DNA of 64,000 nt. It comes from Eledone cirrhosa (taxonomy: Eukaryota). The notes beneath the pieces are model-generated. The model saw only the letters and a list, made by a program, of their open reading frames with translations. It was not told where the DNA came from and made no database searches. A program made the position numbers and the translations under genes. How positions within the stretch are numbered: position 1 is the first letter of the stretch; each line of letters begins with the position of its first letter. Of the stretch, positions 22,288 to 34,000 are shown one piece after another. The stretch is from contig OZ024741.1 of assembly GCA_964016885.1 (NCBI GenBank), forward strand, positions 188,046,001-188,110,000, written 5' to 3'.

Positions 22288-22556
22288 ACTAAAGGTGGAA
22301 AACTGGGAGAGGGCACTTGCCTTGGTGGTCAGGGTCATTGTGGCTTTTTACTGGGCTTTCTCCACAAATGTCCCTCCGAAGTCTCCCCCCTATTGGGGAA
22401 TTTTTCATTGTTATTTTCATTGTTATTTTTGTTACATCCTCTGTTTTTGTTTTTTTACACGCAGAAATGCCCATTTGTACCGTCCTGCATTGTCCTGCAC
22501 TGTCCTTAATGTCTACTTTATGTAAACCCTTGTGGTTAATAAAGAAATCATTATTG

Positions 22557-22603
<47 letters not shown>

Positions 22604-22816
22604 GAATGCCATGGTTGACGGAGGCTCGGCTCTGTAAGGTATAGTAATTTTTAACCGTTAAAACAATTGTAAATTGTTTAAAACTTGAACCAAATTGTTG
22701 ATAAAGACACCCTCCTCCTCGTGAGAGGGGTCTTTCTGTCCGTTATTTGGCCCTTCGGGGTTAAATAGCCAGTTATTGGGGTTTTGTACCCAAAATTTCA
22801 TTTTAAACAAAAAAAC

Positions 22817-24916
22817 ATGGCTACCAAAAAAAAAAAATTTCATACGTCACTCCCACTCATTCCGTCTTCTTCTTCCTCAATCATCACTACAGGAGAGAGA
22901 AGATTGTCTCTCTCCCTCCCTTCTTTAAATGTGTCTCTCTCCCTACCTTCTCTTTCGCAAGCGACGAAAGAAAAGAAAAGTCTCGTGCAAAGCGTGCAAG
23001 GTTTCTCCACGACGACGACGACAGCGACGAAACAGGTGTGCGGGAAATACGAAAACCCAGTTCATTCGTCTGACGTCAGGAATAATAGCAGTAGCAGCCG
23101 TAATAACAACAGCAACAGTGACAATGAAAACAACAGTAGCAGCCGCAACAGCATCACCAGCAGCATAAACAACAACACCATTAGCAGCAGCAACACCAAC
23201 AACAACCACAGCAACAGCGGCGGAGGCAGTAGTCGTAGTACCTGCAGCAACAACAAAAGTACCAGCAGCTCTGACGACAACAACAACAGCAGAGAAAAAC
23301 CAATCTCATTTGCAGGTATTGCGAAAAACCTGGAAACAATCCTCATAACAAATGAGGAATTAGAGGAAGCGAAGAAGATGGTGACAAAGAACGGACACCG
23401 AGCAATCTGCAAGGCAGCGAAAAATTTTTTCGAAACCCAAGAGCACTGTACGGTCACGTACCGTACAGTAAGTACAAAATCCCGTAGGGTGGAAAGAGCC
23501 ACAGAGGCCCAAATACAAAAAGCCTTGGGGTCTGTGTGGCAGAGGAAAACGCACATCACCCGAGGCAAAAAATACGCCACCGTAGACGTACTTTTTGCCA
23601 CACCCCAGGAGGCAAAGGCCCAATCAGTAGTGACCCTAAGGAGCGAGGAAATGGTGTTGGTGCCCTCCTACTGCGGGCAAAAAATTGTGAGGGTCAAACT
23701 GACCCACGTCCCCCCCGGAATGACCCCTTCTTGGCTGGCCGCGTCTGTCCTCGTCGGAATCGAGGACAAAACAACTGTACTGCAAGTACAGAAAAAAGTA
23801 AGAGAAGATTGGGTCGGCTCCTCCATTGAGATGCTAATACAAACCAACCAGGAGTGCATCGAAGCTATCCCGGATGTGATAGACTTCGATAACGGCACTC
23901 AACTGCCCATAAGTGTTGAGGGCAAACGCCCGAAATGCTTTCGCTGTGGATCGAAGACTCACCTCAGGGCCTTCTGCAACGAGAAGACCCTGAGAAAGGA
24001 GAAAACCCCCCTCCTCCCGAATCCGGTTCCACGGCTACCAGCAACAGGACAAGCGGCAACCAGGAACGATAGGTCCGTGGCACCCATACCCACTCCACGG
24101 AAATCAAAGACAGCAGCAGCAGTGGAAATATTAACAACAACAACAGCAATACCAAATGCAGCTGCAACAGAGACTCCAGTGCAAACATCACCAACAACAA
24201 CAAGTGAAAGAGTGGAGCTGGTACCCCTCCCCGACCTTACAGAATCAGACATGGAGTGTGAGGTGGGAGAGGGATGGCAAAAGGTCTCAAGAAGGCACAA
24301 ACGCAGAAGCAGCGCATCGTCGCCTTTGAAAAGGGAGGAAAGAAATGAGAAAAGGGTAAAGTCTACTGCAAAGAGACCCACAGCAGCAACACCACCAACA
24401 CCATCACCACCCACACCAGCACCACCATCACCACCGGCGACAACCCCACCGCCAACAACACCTTCAACACCACCACCACAAGCACCAACATCGCAAACAC
24501 AACAACAAAACACACACACCCAGCAACAACGACAAGAAAATAGCAGAACCACACCCCACCCCCAGAAAAACAAATGCACGGCAATAAACACACACAACAA
24601 GAAACTAATGACTTACATAATTGAACACACAGACATTTCACAACAGGACTACATAATACCAGCACCAATCAAAACGCCAACTAACATAAGACTGCTAAAA
24701 ATAGCACAGAAACAATACACAAACATTAAAACGAAATTCCCCAACGCAGTTGGTGATTTCAGGGACCTAGGAGGAACCATTAATCGAAGAGTATATTCAG
24801 ACATTCTCTTAGAAGAGCCGACGACCAGCCGAAGGGACGATTCAACGGTCCCTTCACCAGACGATCAAGTGAAAAGGGATGTAAAAACCATCCCTCCTCT
24901 ACCAAAAATACGGTAA
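22817..24916 (+). CDS. ORF1, copy 4
   Basis: Same protein as copy 1. Confidence 0.88.
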   Translation: MATKKKKFHTSLPLIPSSSSSIITTGERRLSLSLPSLNVSLSLPSLSQATKEKKSLVQSVQGFSTTTTTATKQVCGKYENPVHSSDVRNNSSSSRNNNSNSDNENNSSSRNSITSSINNNTISSSNTNNNHSNSGGGSSRSTCSNNKSTSSSDDNNNSREKPISFAGIAKNLETILITNEELEEAKKMVTKNGHRAICKAAKNFFETQEHCTVTYRTVSTKSRRVERATEAQIQKALGSVWQRKTHITRGKKYATVDVLFATPQEAKAQSVVTLRSEEMVLVPSYCGQKIVRVKLTHVPPGMTPSWLAASVLVGIEDKTTVLQVQKKVREDWVGSSIEMLIQTNQECIEAIPDVIDFDNGTQLPISVEGKRPKCFRCGSKTHLRAFCNEKTLRKEKTPLLPNPVPRLPATGQAATRNDRSVAPIPTPRKSKTAAAVEILTTTTAIPNAAATETPVQTSPTTTSERVELVPLPDLTESDMECEVGEGWQKVSRRHKRRSSASSPLKREERNEKRVKSTAKRPTAATPPTPSPPTPAPPSPPATTPPPTTPSTPPPQAPTSQTQQQNTHTQQQRQENSRTTPHPQKNKCTAINTHNKKLMTYIIEHTDISQQDYIIPAPIKTPTNIRLLKIAQKQYTNIKTKFPNAVGDFRDLGGTINRRVYSDILLEEPTTSRRDDSTVPSPDDQVKRDVKTIPPLPKIR

Positions 24917-24951
24917 GTGGTCTTTCCCATCTTTTCCACTCTATTTTAAAC

Positions 24952-27900
24952 ATGACCTCACTCAGAATAGGCAGCATAAATGCGCGTGGCTTGGGGTCGT
25001 CATGGAAGCAGGGTCACCTGCTCAACGACCTCAGGTCACTAAACATAGATGTAGTGGCCATCAGCGAGACCAGAATCTCCGAAGCACGGGCCTTCGCACC
25101 GATCTTCGGCGGCTACGATGTGTACGCATCTCCCAGCCGTCCTGGATCGGGTGGAGGAGTTGCTGTGCTTTTTCGGAGAGGTTTGGATCTCGCCATACGG
25201 GCCATCTTCCTGGACCCAGAGGGTAAGCTGGTGGTGCTGGACGTGACCAGCGGAGACGGGCAAGCTTTCAGGCTAGTGGCCGTCTATGCCCCGACAGGAG
25301 CAGGGCGGCCTGATTTCTTCCGGCGTCTGGAGACCTTTCTTGGAACGTCGCGCTCTTTAGTGTTAGTGGGCGACTGGAACGGGATCTTAGATGCACGCTG
25401 GGACTGTGTGGGATTAGCGGATAGGGGTGGAGGGTGCAAGAGCCTCACCAACCTGCTCAGGCGTTTTGAACTGTCTGACAGGTACCGATTGGATTTCCCG
25501 AATGTGCCAATGTGGACTTGGACAAACCGCATAGGGTCATCCAGATCATATCTAGATAGAGTATTTTGTAGGGAAATAGATAGGTCTAGCATAGGCTGTC
25601 CACAATTCAAGATAGTCAGCTACACGGACCACAAATTCGTGATCTGTGTGCTTGACTTAGATAGGCTTCATAGACGAGGACCCGGCTACTGGAAGCTAAA
25701 CGCGTCCTTACCAGCGCGCAAGGCCTACAGAGACCGGATTAGCGAACTAGTTAAGCGGGCGTTGACGGGGGCCATCGTCAACAACAAGTGGTGGTTTGCT
25801 CTGAAAAGAGCGATTAGAATAGAATCGATTAGGTTTAGTAAGGCTTTAGCAATAGAGAAAAATAGAGCAGAGGGAGAACTAGTTAGAAAATTAGACGAGG
25901 CGCTTAGCAAAGGCATTGCGACCGACGTGCTTGCGGCGAAATTGGCCCTTGACCAATTCTTCAATGCAAAGCACGAAGGCTGCGTTGTCAGAGCTAGGGT
26001 GCGTGCTCTCAGACACGAGGGGACGAAAGCCGTTCAATGGGCCCGAGTGGCGGAGGCGCGTCGTGGCAACAAAGCCACGATCCGGTCTTTGGTGGACCAC
26101 GACGGGCGCATGCTACTCGATCCCGGGCAAATGTGTGAAGCTTTTCAGCGACACTTCGCTCAGCTGTTCGGGGGCAGCGGGGGGCCGGGTAGAGGGATGG
26201 ACTTTAGTGTCTACCTCGACGGACTGCCGCGGCTCTCGGCCACTGAGGCGAAGTGTTGCGAAAAGCCGATAACAGCCGCTGAAGTAAGGGAGGCAATGAC
26301 TGGCTGCACAAGGGGTAAATCGCCTGGTTTGGATGGTCTGCCCTATGAACTTTACGTACAGATGCCAGACTTGTTCGGAGGCCTCTTGGCGGACGTCTAC
26401 TGCAACTGGCAACAGAACGGGAGAATTCCCAGTTCTGTGAGCCGAGGAGCGGTGGCACTGCTGAGAAAGGATCCGAACAAGGGGGATAACATAGACAATT
26501 TCCGGCCCATAACTCTGCTAAACACAGAGTTTAAGATTTTGGCCAAGGTGCTAGCAAAGAGGTTGGCGCTTGTCGTTGGTGGTCTGGTGGGAGAGGCGCA
26601 GACATGCGCCATTCCCGACAGATCCATCCACGACAACCTCCACCTCATGCGATACATCGTAGAGAGGGTAGCTAGGGAACCTGGCACGGGTGGGTCCTTG
26701 ATCAATTTAGATCAGTCGAAAGCTTTCGATAGGGTCGACCATCGTTACCTAGCGGCAGTCCTGAGGGCGGCTGGCTTTGGGCCCGTCTTCAGAGGCTGGA
26801 TCGCTGCCATGCACAGCGACATCTGCTCTGTGGTGAGAGTGAACGGTCACCTGTCGGAACCGTTCAACATCATGCGCTCGGTCCGCCAAGGATGTCCCCT
26901 CTCGTCCCTCTTGTACGTATTGACTCTCGAGCCATTACTGCACAAACTGGAGACGTTGAGGGGAGTCCCGCGCGAACTAGGATGCGGAAGATCCGTGTCA
27001 GCATATGCGGACGATGTCACCGTAGTGGTGTCGAACGCCAAACACATCGAGGCGATCGGCACTACACTAAGAGAATACGAAGCGGTGACAGGAGCAATGA
27101 TCAACCAGGAAAAGTCAGTGGGCCTGCAGCTCGGCACCTGGAGAGGCAGGTCCATGCCGTCCAACAGCGTCGTCGGGCGCTGGACGGACGGACCGGTTAA
27201 ATTGCTAGGGGTCTGGTTCGGTCCGGACCTCCAGACGGACAAAAACTGGGACGAGGTGACGAGCAGGGTGGCTTCTCTCACCCAGAAATGGGCGGAGAGG
27301 AAGCTATCCCTGAAAGGTCGAGCGGAGGTGGCTAACGCGTACATCGCGTCTGTCATCTGCTACCGCCTAACCGTCGTACCTTGTCCTAAGCCTCGCCTGA
27401 CTGCGCTGGAGCGTTTGCTCTTTCGCTTTTTGTGGAAGGGACGTGCTCCGATGGTCAGGCGGTCCATCTGTTGTCAACACCCGCTACGTGGAGGGCTGGG
27501 CATGCCGTGGCTGATGATGCGCAGGCACGCGCTCAGGCTACGACATCTCCACCTCTTCCTCGACGGTGATCAGGTGTGGTCGCCGTTTGCTAGACGCGTT
27601 TTTCCCCAGCTCGTTTCCTTGACGGAGCTGCAGTCCTGGGTCAAGCGAAGACCGAGAGGGAGCGCCTGGAGACTGGAATGTCTTCAGGCGCTCACAGCCC
27701 TCGACCAATCGGGCAATGTGATCGGTGGAAACTCCACCTCGGCGTTCTATAGAGGATTAGTGGAGGGGAAGAGCGACGACGTACTTGGGGAAACTCTAGG
27801 CGTCGACGAAAATCAACTAGCCAATCTCTTCGGAAGAACCTTCGGGCCAGGGCCTATGGACAACTTCCAGAAATCTCTGGCCTGGCAGTGCTACCGAGGA

Positions 27901-28371
27901 GCCTTGCCAGTTCGGGATAAACTCTACAGGCATGGAGGTGCCGTCAGCCGGGCATGTCCGAGATGCGCGCAGGGCGACGAAACCGTCCTGCACGCACTCG
28001 TCCAGTGTCCGAAAATTGCTGACTTGTGGGTTTATGTCGAACACCTGCTGTCGCGTTTAGGACGGATCCAGCTATCATCTGAGTCTATCGTGAGGATTGC
28101 CCCGCCCTCCTCCTTTAGCCGGGAAGGGCAGGCAGTTTTTATCTGTCTGGTGGCCATGGCGAAAGAGATAGTATGGTGGACACGTTTGAAAGGGCTGAAG
28201 ACGAGCACTTACCTCTTCGGTGATGCTCTGATTGACTTTTTCAAATTTCATTTGAAAAGGAAAATCAGAGTAGAGAAGGAAGTGCTCTCTTCCCAGCATT
28301 TTGTTGAAAGATGGGTGAGAGAAGCAAGAATGGCCCGAGTGAATGGGCCGACTCTGAGTATATATCTGTAA
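24952..28371 (+). CDS. ORF2 (APE-RT-ZnF), copy 4
   Basis: Same protein as copy 1. Confidence 0.95.
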   Translation: MTSLRIGSINARGLGSSWKQGHLLNDLRSLNIDVVAISETRISEARAFAPIFGGYDVYASPSRPGSGGGVAVLFRRGLDLAIRAIFLDPEGKLVVLDVTSGDGQAFRLVAVYAPTGAGRPDFFRRLETFLGTSRSLVLVGDWNGILDARWDCVGLADRGGGCKSLTNLLRRFELSDRYRLDFPNVPMWTWTNRIGSSRSYLDRVFCREIDRSSIGCPQFKIVSYTDHKFVICVLDLDRLHRRGPGYWKLNASLPARKAYRDRISELVKRALTGAIVNNKWWFALKRAIRIESIRFSKALAIEKNRAEGELVRKLDEALSKGIATDVLAAKLALDQFFNAKHEGCVVRARVRALRHEGTKAVQWARVAEARRGNKATIRSLVDHDGRMLLDPGQMCEAFQRHFAQLFGGSGGPGRGMDFSVYLDGLPRLSATEAKCCEKPITAAEVREAMTGCTRGKSPGLDGLPYELYVQMPDLFGGLLADVYCNWQQNGRIPSSVSRGAVALLRKDPNKGDNIDNFRPITLLNTEFKILAKVLAKRLALVVGGLVGEAQTCAIPDRSIHDNLHLMRYIVERVAREPGTGGSLINLDQSKAFDRVDHRYLAAVLRAAGFGPVFRGWIAAMHSDICSVVRVNGHLSEPFNIMRSVRQGCPLSSLLYVLTLEPLLHKLETLRGVPRELGCGRSVSAYADDVTVVVSNAKHIEAIGTTLREYEAVTGAMINQEKSVGLQLGTWRGRSMPSNSVVGRWTDGPVKLLGVWFGPDLQTDKNWDEVTSRVASLTQKWAERKLSLKGRAEVANAYIASVICYRLTVVPCPKPRLTALERLLFRFLWKGRAPMVRRSICCQHPLRGGLGMPWLMMRRHALRLRHLHLFLDGDQVWSPFARRVFPQLVSLTELQSWVKRRPRGSAWRLECLQALTALDQSGNVIGGNSTSAFYRGLVEGKSDDVLGETLGVDENQLANLFGRTFGPGPMDNFQKSLAWQCYRGALPVRDKLYRHGGAVSRACPRCAQGDETVLHALVQCPKIADLWVYVEHLLSRLGRIQLSSESIVRIAPPSSFSREGQAVFICLVAMAKEIVWWTRLKGLKTSTYLFGDALIDFFKFHLKRKIRVEKEVLSSQHFVERWVREARMARVNGPTLSIYL

Positions 28372-28641
28372 ACTAAAGGTGGAAAACTGGGAGAGGGCAC
28401 TTGCCTTGGTGGTCAGGGTCATTGTGGCTTTTTACTGGGCTTTCTCCACAAATGTCCCTCCGAAGTCTCCCCCCTATTGGGGAATTTTTCATTGTTATTT
28501 TCATTGTTATTTTTGTTACATCCTCTATTTTTGTTTTTTTTACACGCAGAAATGCCCATTTGTACCGTCCTGCATTGTCCTGCACTGTCCTTAATGTCTA
28601 CTTTATGTAAACCCTTGTGGTTAATAAAGAAATCATTATTG

Positions 28642-28688
<47 letters not shown>

Positions 28689-28901
28689 GAATGCCATGGT
28701 TGACGGAGGCTCGGCTCTGTAAGGTATAGTAATTTTTAACCGTTAAAACAATTGTAAATTGTTTAAAACTTGAACCAAATTGTTGATAAAGACACCCTCC
28801 TCCTCGTGAGAGGGGTCTTTCTGTCCGTTATTTGGCCCTTCGGGGTTAAATAGCCAGTTATTGGGGTTTTGTACCCAAAATTTCATTTTAAACAAAAAAA
28901 C

Positions 28902-31001
28902 ATGGCTACCAAAAAAAAAAAATTTCATACGTCACTCCCACTCATTCCGTCTTCTTCTTCCTCAATCATCACTACAGGAGAGAGAAGATTGTCTCTCTCC
29001 CTCCCTTCTTTAAATGTGTCTCTCTCCCTACCTTCTCTTTCGCAAGCGACGAAAGAAAAGAAAAGTCTCGTGCAAAGCGTGCAAGGTTTCTCCACGACGA
29101 CGACGACAGCGACGAAACAGGTGTGCGGGAAATACGAAAACCCAGTTCATTCGTCTGACGTCAGGAATAATAGCAGTAGCAGCCGTAATAACAACAGCAA
29201 CAGTGACAATGAAAACAACAGTAGCAGCCGCAACAGCATCACCAGCAGCATAAACAACAACACCATTAGCAGCAGCAACACCAACAACAACCACAGCAAC
29301 AGCGGCGGAGGCAGTAGTCGTAGTACCTGCAGCAACAACAAAAGTACCAGCAGCTCTGACGACAACAACAACAGCAGAGAAAAACCAATCTCATTTGCAG
29401 GTATTGCGAAAAACCTGGAAACAATCCTCATAACAAATGAGGAATTAGAGGAAGCGAAGAAGATGGTGACAAAGAACGGACACCGAGCAATCTGCAAGGC
29501 AGCGAAAAATTTTTTCGAAACCCAAGAGCACTGTACGGTCACGTACCGTACAGTAAGTACAAAATCCCGTAGGGTGGAAAGAGCCACAGAGGCCCAAATA
29601 CAAAAAGCCTTGGGGTCTGTGTGGCAGAGGAAAACGCACATCACCCGAGGCAAAAAATACGCCACCGTAGACGTACTTTTTGCCACACCCCAGGAGGCAA
29701 AGGCCCAATCAGTAGTGACCCTAAGGAGCGAGGAAATGGTGTTGGTGCCCTCCTACTGCGGGCAAAAAATTGTGAGGGTCAAACTGACCCACGTCCCCCC
29801 CGGAATGACCCCTTCTTGGCTGGCCGCGTCTGTCCTCGTCGGAATCGAGGACAAAACAACTGTACTGCAAGTACAGAAAAAAGTAAGAGAAGATTGGGTC
29901 GGCTCCTCCATTGAGATGCTAATACAAACCAACCAGGAGTGCATCGAAGCTATCCCGGATGTGATAGACTTCGATAACGGCACTCAACTGCCCATAAGTG
30001 TTGAGGGCAAACGCCCGAAATGCTTTCGCTGTGGATCGAAGACTCACCTCAGGGCCTTCTGCAACGAGAAGACCCTGAGAAAGGAGAAAACCCCCCTCCT
30101 CCCGAATCCGGTTCCACGGCTACCAGCAACAGGACAAGCGGCAACCAGGAACGATAGGTCCGTGGCACCCATACCCACTCCACGGAAATCAAAGACAGCA
30201 GCAGCAGTGGAAATATTAACAACAACAACAGCAATACCAAATGCAGCTGCAACAGAGACTCCAGTGCAAACATCACCAACAACAACAAGTGAAAGAGTGG
30301 AGCTGGTACCCCTCCCCGACCTTACAGAATCAGACATGGAGTGTGAGGTGGGAGAGGGATGGCAAAAGGTCTCAAGAAGGCACAAACGCAGAAGCAGCGC
30401 ATCGTCGCCTTTGAAAAGGGAGGAAAGAAATGAGAAAAGGGTAAAGTCTACTGCAAAGAGACCCACAGCAGCAACACCACCAACACCATCACCACCCACA
30501 CCAGCACCACCATCACCACCGGCGACAACCCCACCGCCAACAACACCTTCAACACCACCACCACAAGCACCAACATCGCAAACACAACAACAAAACACAC
30601 ACACCCAGCAACAACGACAAGAAAATAGCAGAACCACACCCCACCCCCAGAAAAACAAATGCACGGCAATAAACACACACAACAAGAAACTAATGACTTA
30701 CATAATTGAACACACAGACATTTCACAACAGGACTACATAATACCAGCACCAATCAAAACGCCAACTAACATAAGACTGCTAAAAATAGCACAGAAACAA
30801 TACACAAACATTAAAACGAAATTCCCCAACGCAGTTGGTGATTTCAGGGACCTAGGAGGAACCATTAATCGAAGAGTATATTCAGACATTCTCTTAGAAG
30901 AGCCGACGACCAGCCGAAGGGACGATTCAACGGTCCCTTCACCAGACGATCAAGTGAAAAGGGATGTAAAAACCATCCCTCCTCTACCAAAAATACGGTA
31001 A
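28902..31001 (+). CDS. ORF1, copy 5
   Basis: Same protein as copy 1. Confidence 0.88.
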   Translation: MATKKKKFHTSLPLIPSSSSSIITTGERRLSLSLPSLNVSLSLPSLSQATKEKKSLVQSVQGFSTTTTTATKQVCGKYENPVHSSDVRNNSSSSRNNNSNSDNENNSSSRNSITSSINNNTISSSNTNNNHSNSGGGSSRSTCSNNKSTSSSDDNNNSREKPISFAGIAKNLETILITNEELEEAKKMVTKNGHRAICKAAKNFFETQEHCTVTYRTVSTKSRRVERATEAQIQKALGSVWQRKTHITRGKKYATVDVLFATPQEAKAQSVVTLRSEEMVLVPSYCGQKIVRVKLTHVPPGMTPSWLAASVLVGIEDKTTVLQVQKKVREDWVGSSIEMLIQTNQECIEAIPDVIDFDNGTQLPISVEGKRPKCFRCGSKTHLRAFCNEKTLRKEKTPLLPNPVPRLPATGQAATRNDRSVAPIPTPRKSKTAAAVEILTTTTAIPNAAATETPVQTSPTTTSERVELVPLPDLTESDMECEVGEGWQKVSRRHKRRSSASSPLKREERNEKRVKSTAKRPTAATPPTPSPPTPAPPSPPATTPPPTTPSTPPPQAPTSQTQQQNTHTQQQRQENSRTTPHPQKNKCTAINTHNKKLMTYIIEHTDISQQDYIIPAPIKTPTNIRLLKIAQKQYTNIKTKFPNAVGDFRDLGGTINRRVYSDILLEEPTTSRRDDSTVPSPDDQVKRDVKTIPPLPKIR

Positions 31002-31036
31002 GTGGTCTTTCCCATCTTTTCCACTCTATTTTAAAC

Positions 31037-34000
31037 ATGACCTCACTCAGAATAGGCAGCATAAATGCGCGTGGCTTGGGGTCGTCATGGAAGCAGGGTC
31101 ACCTGCTCAACGACCTCAGGTCACTAAACATAGATGTAGTGGCCATCAGCGAGACCAGAATCTCCGAAGCACGGGCCTTCGCACCGATCTTCGGCGGCTA
31201 CGATGTGTACGCATCTCCCAGCCGTCCTGGATCGGGTGGAGGAGTTGCTGTGCTTTTTCGGAGAGGTTTGGATCTCGCCATACGGGCCATCTTCCTGGAC
31301 CCAGAGGGTAAGCTGGTGGTGCTGGACGTGACCAGCGGAGACGGGCAAGCTTTCAGGCTAGTGGCCGTCTATGCCCCGACAGGAGCAGGGCGGCCTGATT
31401 TCTTCCGGCGTCTGGAGACCTTTCTTGGAACGTCGCGCTCTTTAGTGTTAGTGGGCGACTGGAACGGGATCTTAGATGCACGCTGGGACTGTGTGGGATT
31501 AGCGGATAGGGGTGGAGGGTGCAAGAGCCTCACCAACCTGCTCAGGCGTTTTGAACTGTCTGACAGGTACCGATTGGATTTCCCGAATGTGCCAATGTGG
31601 ACTTGGACAAACCGCATAGGGTCATCCAGATCATATCTAGATAGAGTATTTTGTAGGGAAATAGATAGGTCTAGCATAGGCTGTCCACAATTCAAGATAG
31701 TCAGCTACACGGACCACAAATTCGTGATCTGTGTGCTTGACTTAGATAGGCTTCATAGACGAGGACCCGGCTACTGGAAGCTAAACGCGTCCTTACCAGC
31801 GCGCAAGGCCTACAGAGACCGGATTAGCGAACTAGTTAAGCGGGCGTTGACGGGGGCCATCGTCAACAACAAGTGGTGGTTTGCTCTGAAAAGAGCGATT
31901 AGAATAGAATCGATTAGGTTTAGTAAGGCTTTAGCAATAGAGAAAAATAGAGCAGAGGGAGAACTAGTTAGAAAATTAGACGAGGCGCTTAGCAAAGGCA
32001 TTGCGACCGACGTGCTTGCGGCGAAATTGGCCCTTGACCAATTCTTCAATGCAAAGCACGAAGGCTGCGTTGTCAGAGCTAGGGTGCGTGCTCTCAGACA
32101 CGAGGGGACGAAAGCCGTTCAATGGGCCCGAGTGGCGGAGGCGCGTCGTGGCAACAAAGCCACGATCCGGTCTTTGGTGGACCACGACGGGCGCATGCTA
32201 CTCGATCCCGGGCAAATGTGTGAAGCTTTTCAGCGACACTTCGCTCAGCTGTTCGGGGGCAGCGGGGGGCCGGGTAGAGGGATGGACTTTAGTGTCTACC
32301 TCGACGGACTGCCGCGGCTCTCGGCCACTGAGGCGAAGTGTTGCGAAAAGCCGATAACAGCCGCTGAAGTAAGGGAGGCAATGACTGGCTGCACAAGGGG
32401 TAAATCGCCTGGTTTGGATGGTCTGCCCTATGAACTTTACGTACAGATGCCAGACTTGTTCGGAGGCCTCTTGGCGGACGTCTACTGCAACTGGCAACAG
32501 AACGGGAGAATTCCCAGTTCTGTGAGCCGAGGAGCGGTGGCACTGCTGAGAAAGGATCCGAACAAGGGGGATAACATAGACAATTTCCGGCCCATAACTC
32601 TGCTAAACACAGAGTTTAAGATTTTGGCCAAGGTGCTAGCAAAGAGGTTGGCGCTTGTCGTTGGTGGTCTGGTGGGAGAGGCGCAGACATGCGCCATTCC
32701 CGACAGATCCATCCACGACAACCTCCACCTCATGCGATACATCGTAGAGAGGGTAGCTAGGGAACCTGGCACGGGTGGGTCCTTGATCAATTTAGATCAG
32801 TCGAAAGCTTTCGATAGGGTCGACCATCGTTACCTAGCGGCAGTCCTGAGGGCGGCTGGCTTTGGGCCCGTCTTCAGAGGCTGGATCGCTGCCATGCACA
32901 GCGACATCTGCTCTGTGGTGAGAGTGAACGGTCACCTGTCGGAACCGTTCAACATCATGCGCTCGGTCCGCCAAGGATGTCCCCTCTCGTCCCTCTTGTA
33001 CGTATTGACTCTCGAGCCATTACTGCACAAACTGGAGACGTTGAGGGGAGTCCCGCGCGAACTAGGATGCGGAAGATCCGTGTCAGCATATGCGGACGAT
33101 GTCACCGTAGTGGTGTCGAACGCCAAACACATCGAGGCGATCGGCACTACACTAAGAGAATACGAAGCGGTGACAGGAGCAATGATCAACCAGGAAAAGT
33201 CAGTGGGCCTGCAGCTCGGCACCTGGAGAGGCAGGTCCATGCCGTCCAACAGCGTCGTCGGGCGCTGGACGGACGGACCGGTTAAATTGCTAGGGGTCTG
33301 GTTCGGTCCGGACCTCCAGACGGACAAAAACTGGGACGAGGTGACGAGCAGGGTGGCTTCTCTCACCCAGAAATGGGCGGAGAGGAAGCTATCCCTGAAA
33401 GGTCGAGCGGAGGTGGCTAACGCGTACATCGCGTCTGTCATCTGCTACCGCCTAACCGTCGTACCTTGTCCTAAGCCTCGCCTGACTGCGCTGGAGCGTT
33501 TGCTCTTTCGCTTTTTGTGGAAGGGACGTGCTCCGATGGTCAGGCGGTCCATCTGTTGTCAACACCCGCTACGTGGAGGGCTGGGCATGCCGTGGCTGAT
33601 GATGCGCAGGCACGCGCTCAGGCTACGACATCTCCACCTCTTCCTCGACGGTGATCAGGTGTGGTCGCCGTTTGCTAGACGCGTTTTTCCCCAGCTCGTT
33701 TCCTTGACGGAGCTGCAGTCCTGGGTCAAGCGAAGACCGAGAGGGAGCGCCTGGAGACTGGAATGTCTTCAGGCGCTCACAGCCCTCGACCAATCGGGCA
33801 ATGTGATCGGTGGAAACTCCACCTCGGCGTTCTATAGAGGATTAGTGGAGGGGAAGAGCGACGACGTACTTGGGGAAACTCTAGGCGTCGACGAAAATCA
33901 ACTAGCCAATCTCTTCGGAAGAACCTTCGGGCCGGGGCCTATGGACAACTTCCAGAAATCTCTGGCCTGGCAGTGCTACCGAGGAGCCTTGCCAGTTCGG

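Larger units (their letters stand above)
16520..22549 (+). mobile_element. L1/Tx1-type retrotransposon, copy 3 (divergent variant)
   Basis: Same ends; ~13 coding substitutions and a 1-bp 3'UTR deletion. Confidence 0.92.
22604..28634 (+). mobile_element. L1/Tx1-type retrotransposon, copy 4
   Basis: Same ends and ORFs. Confidence 0.92.
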
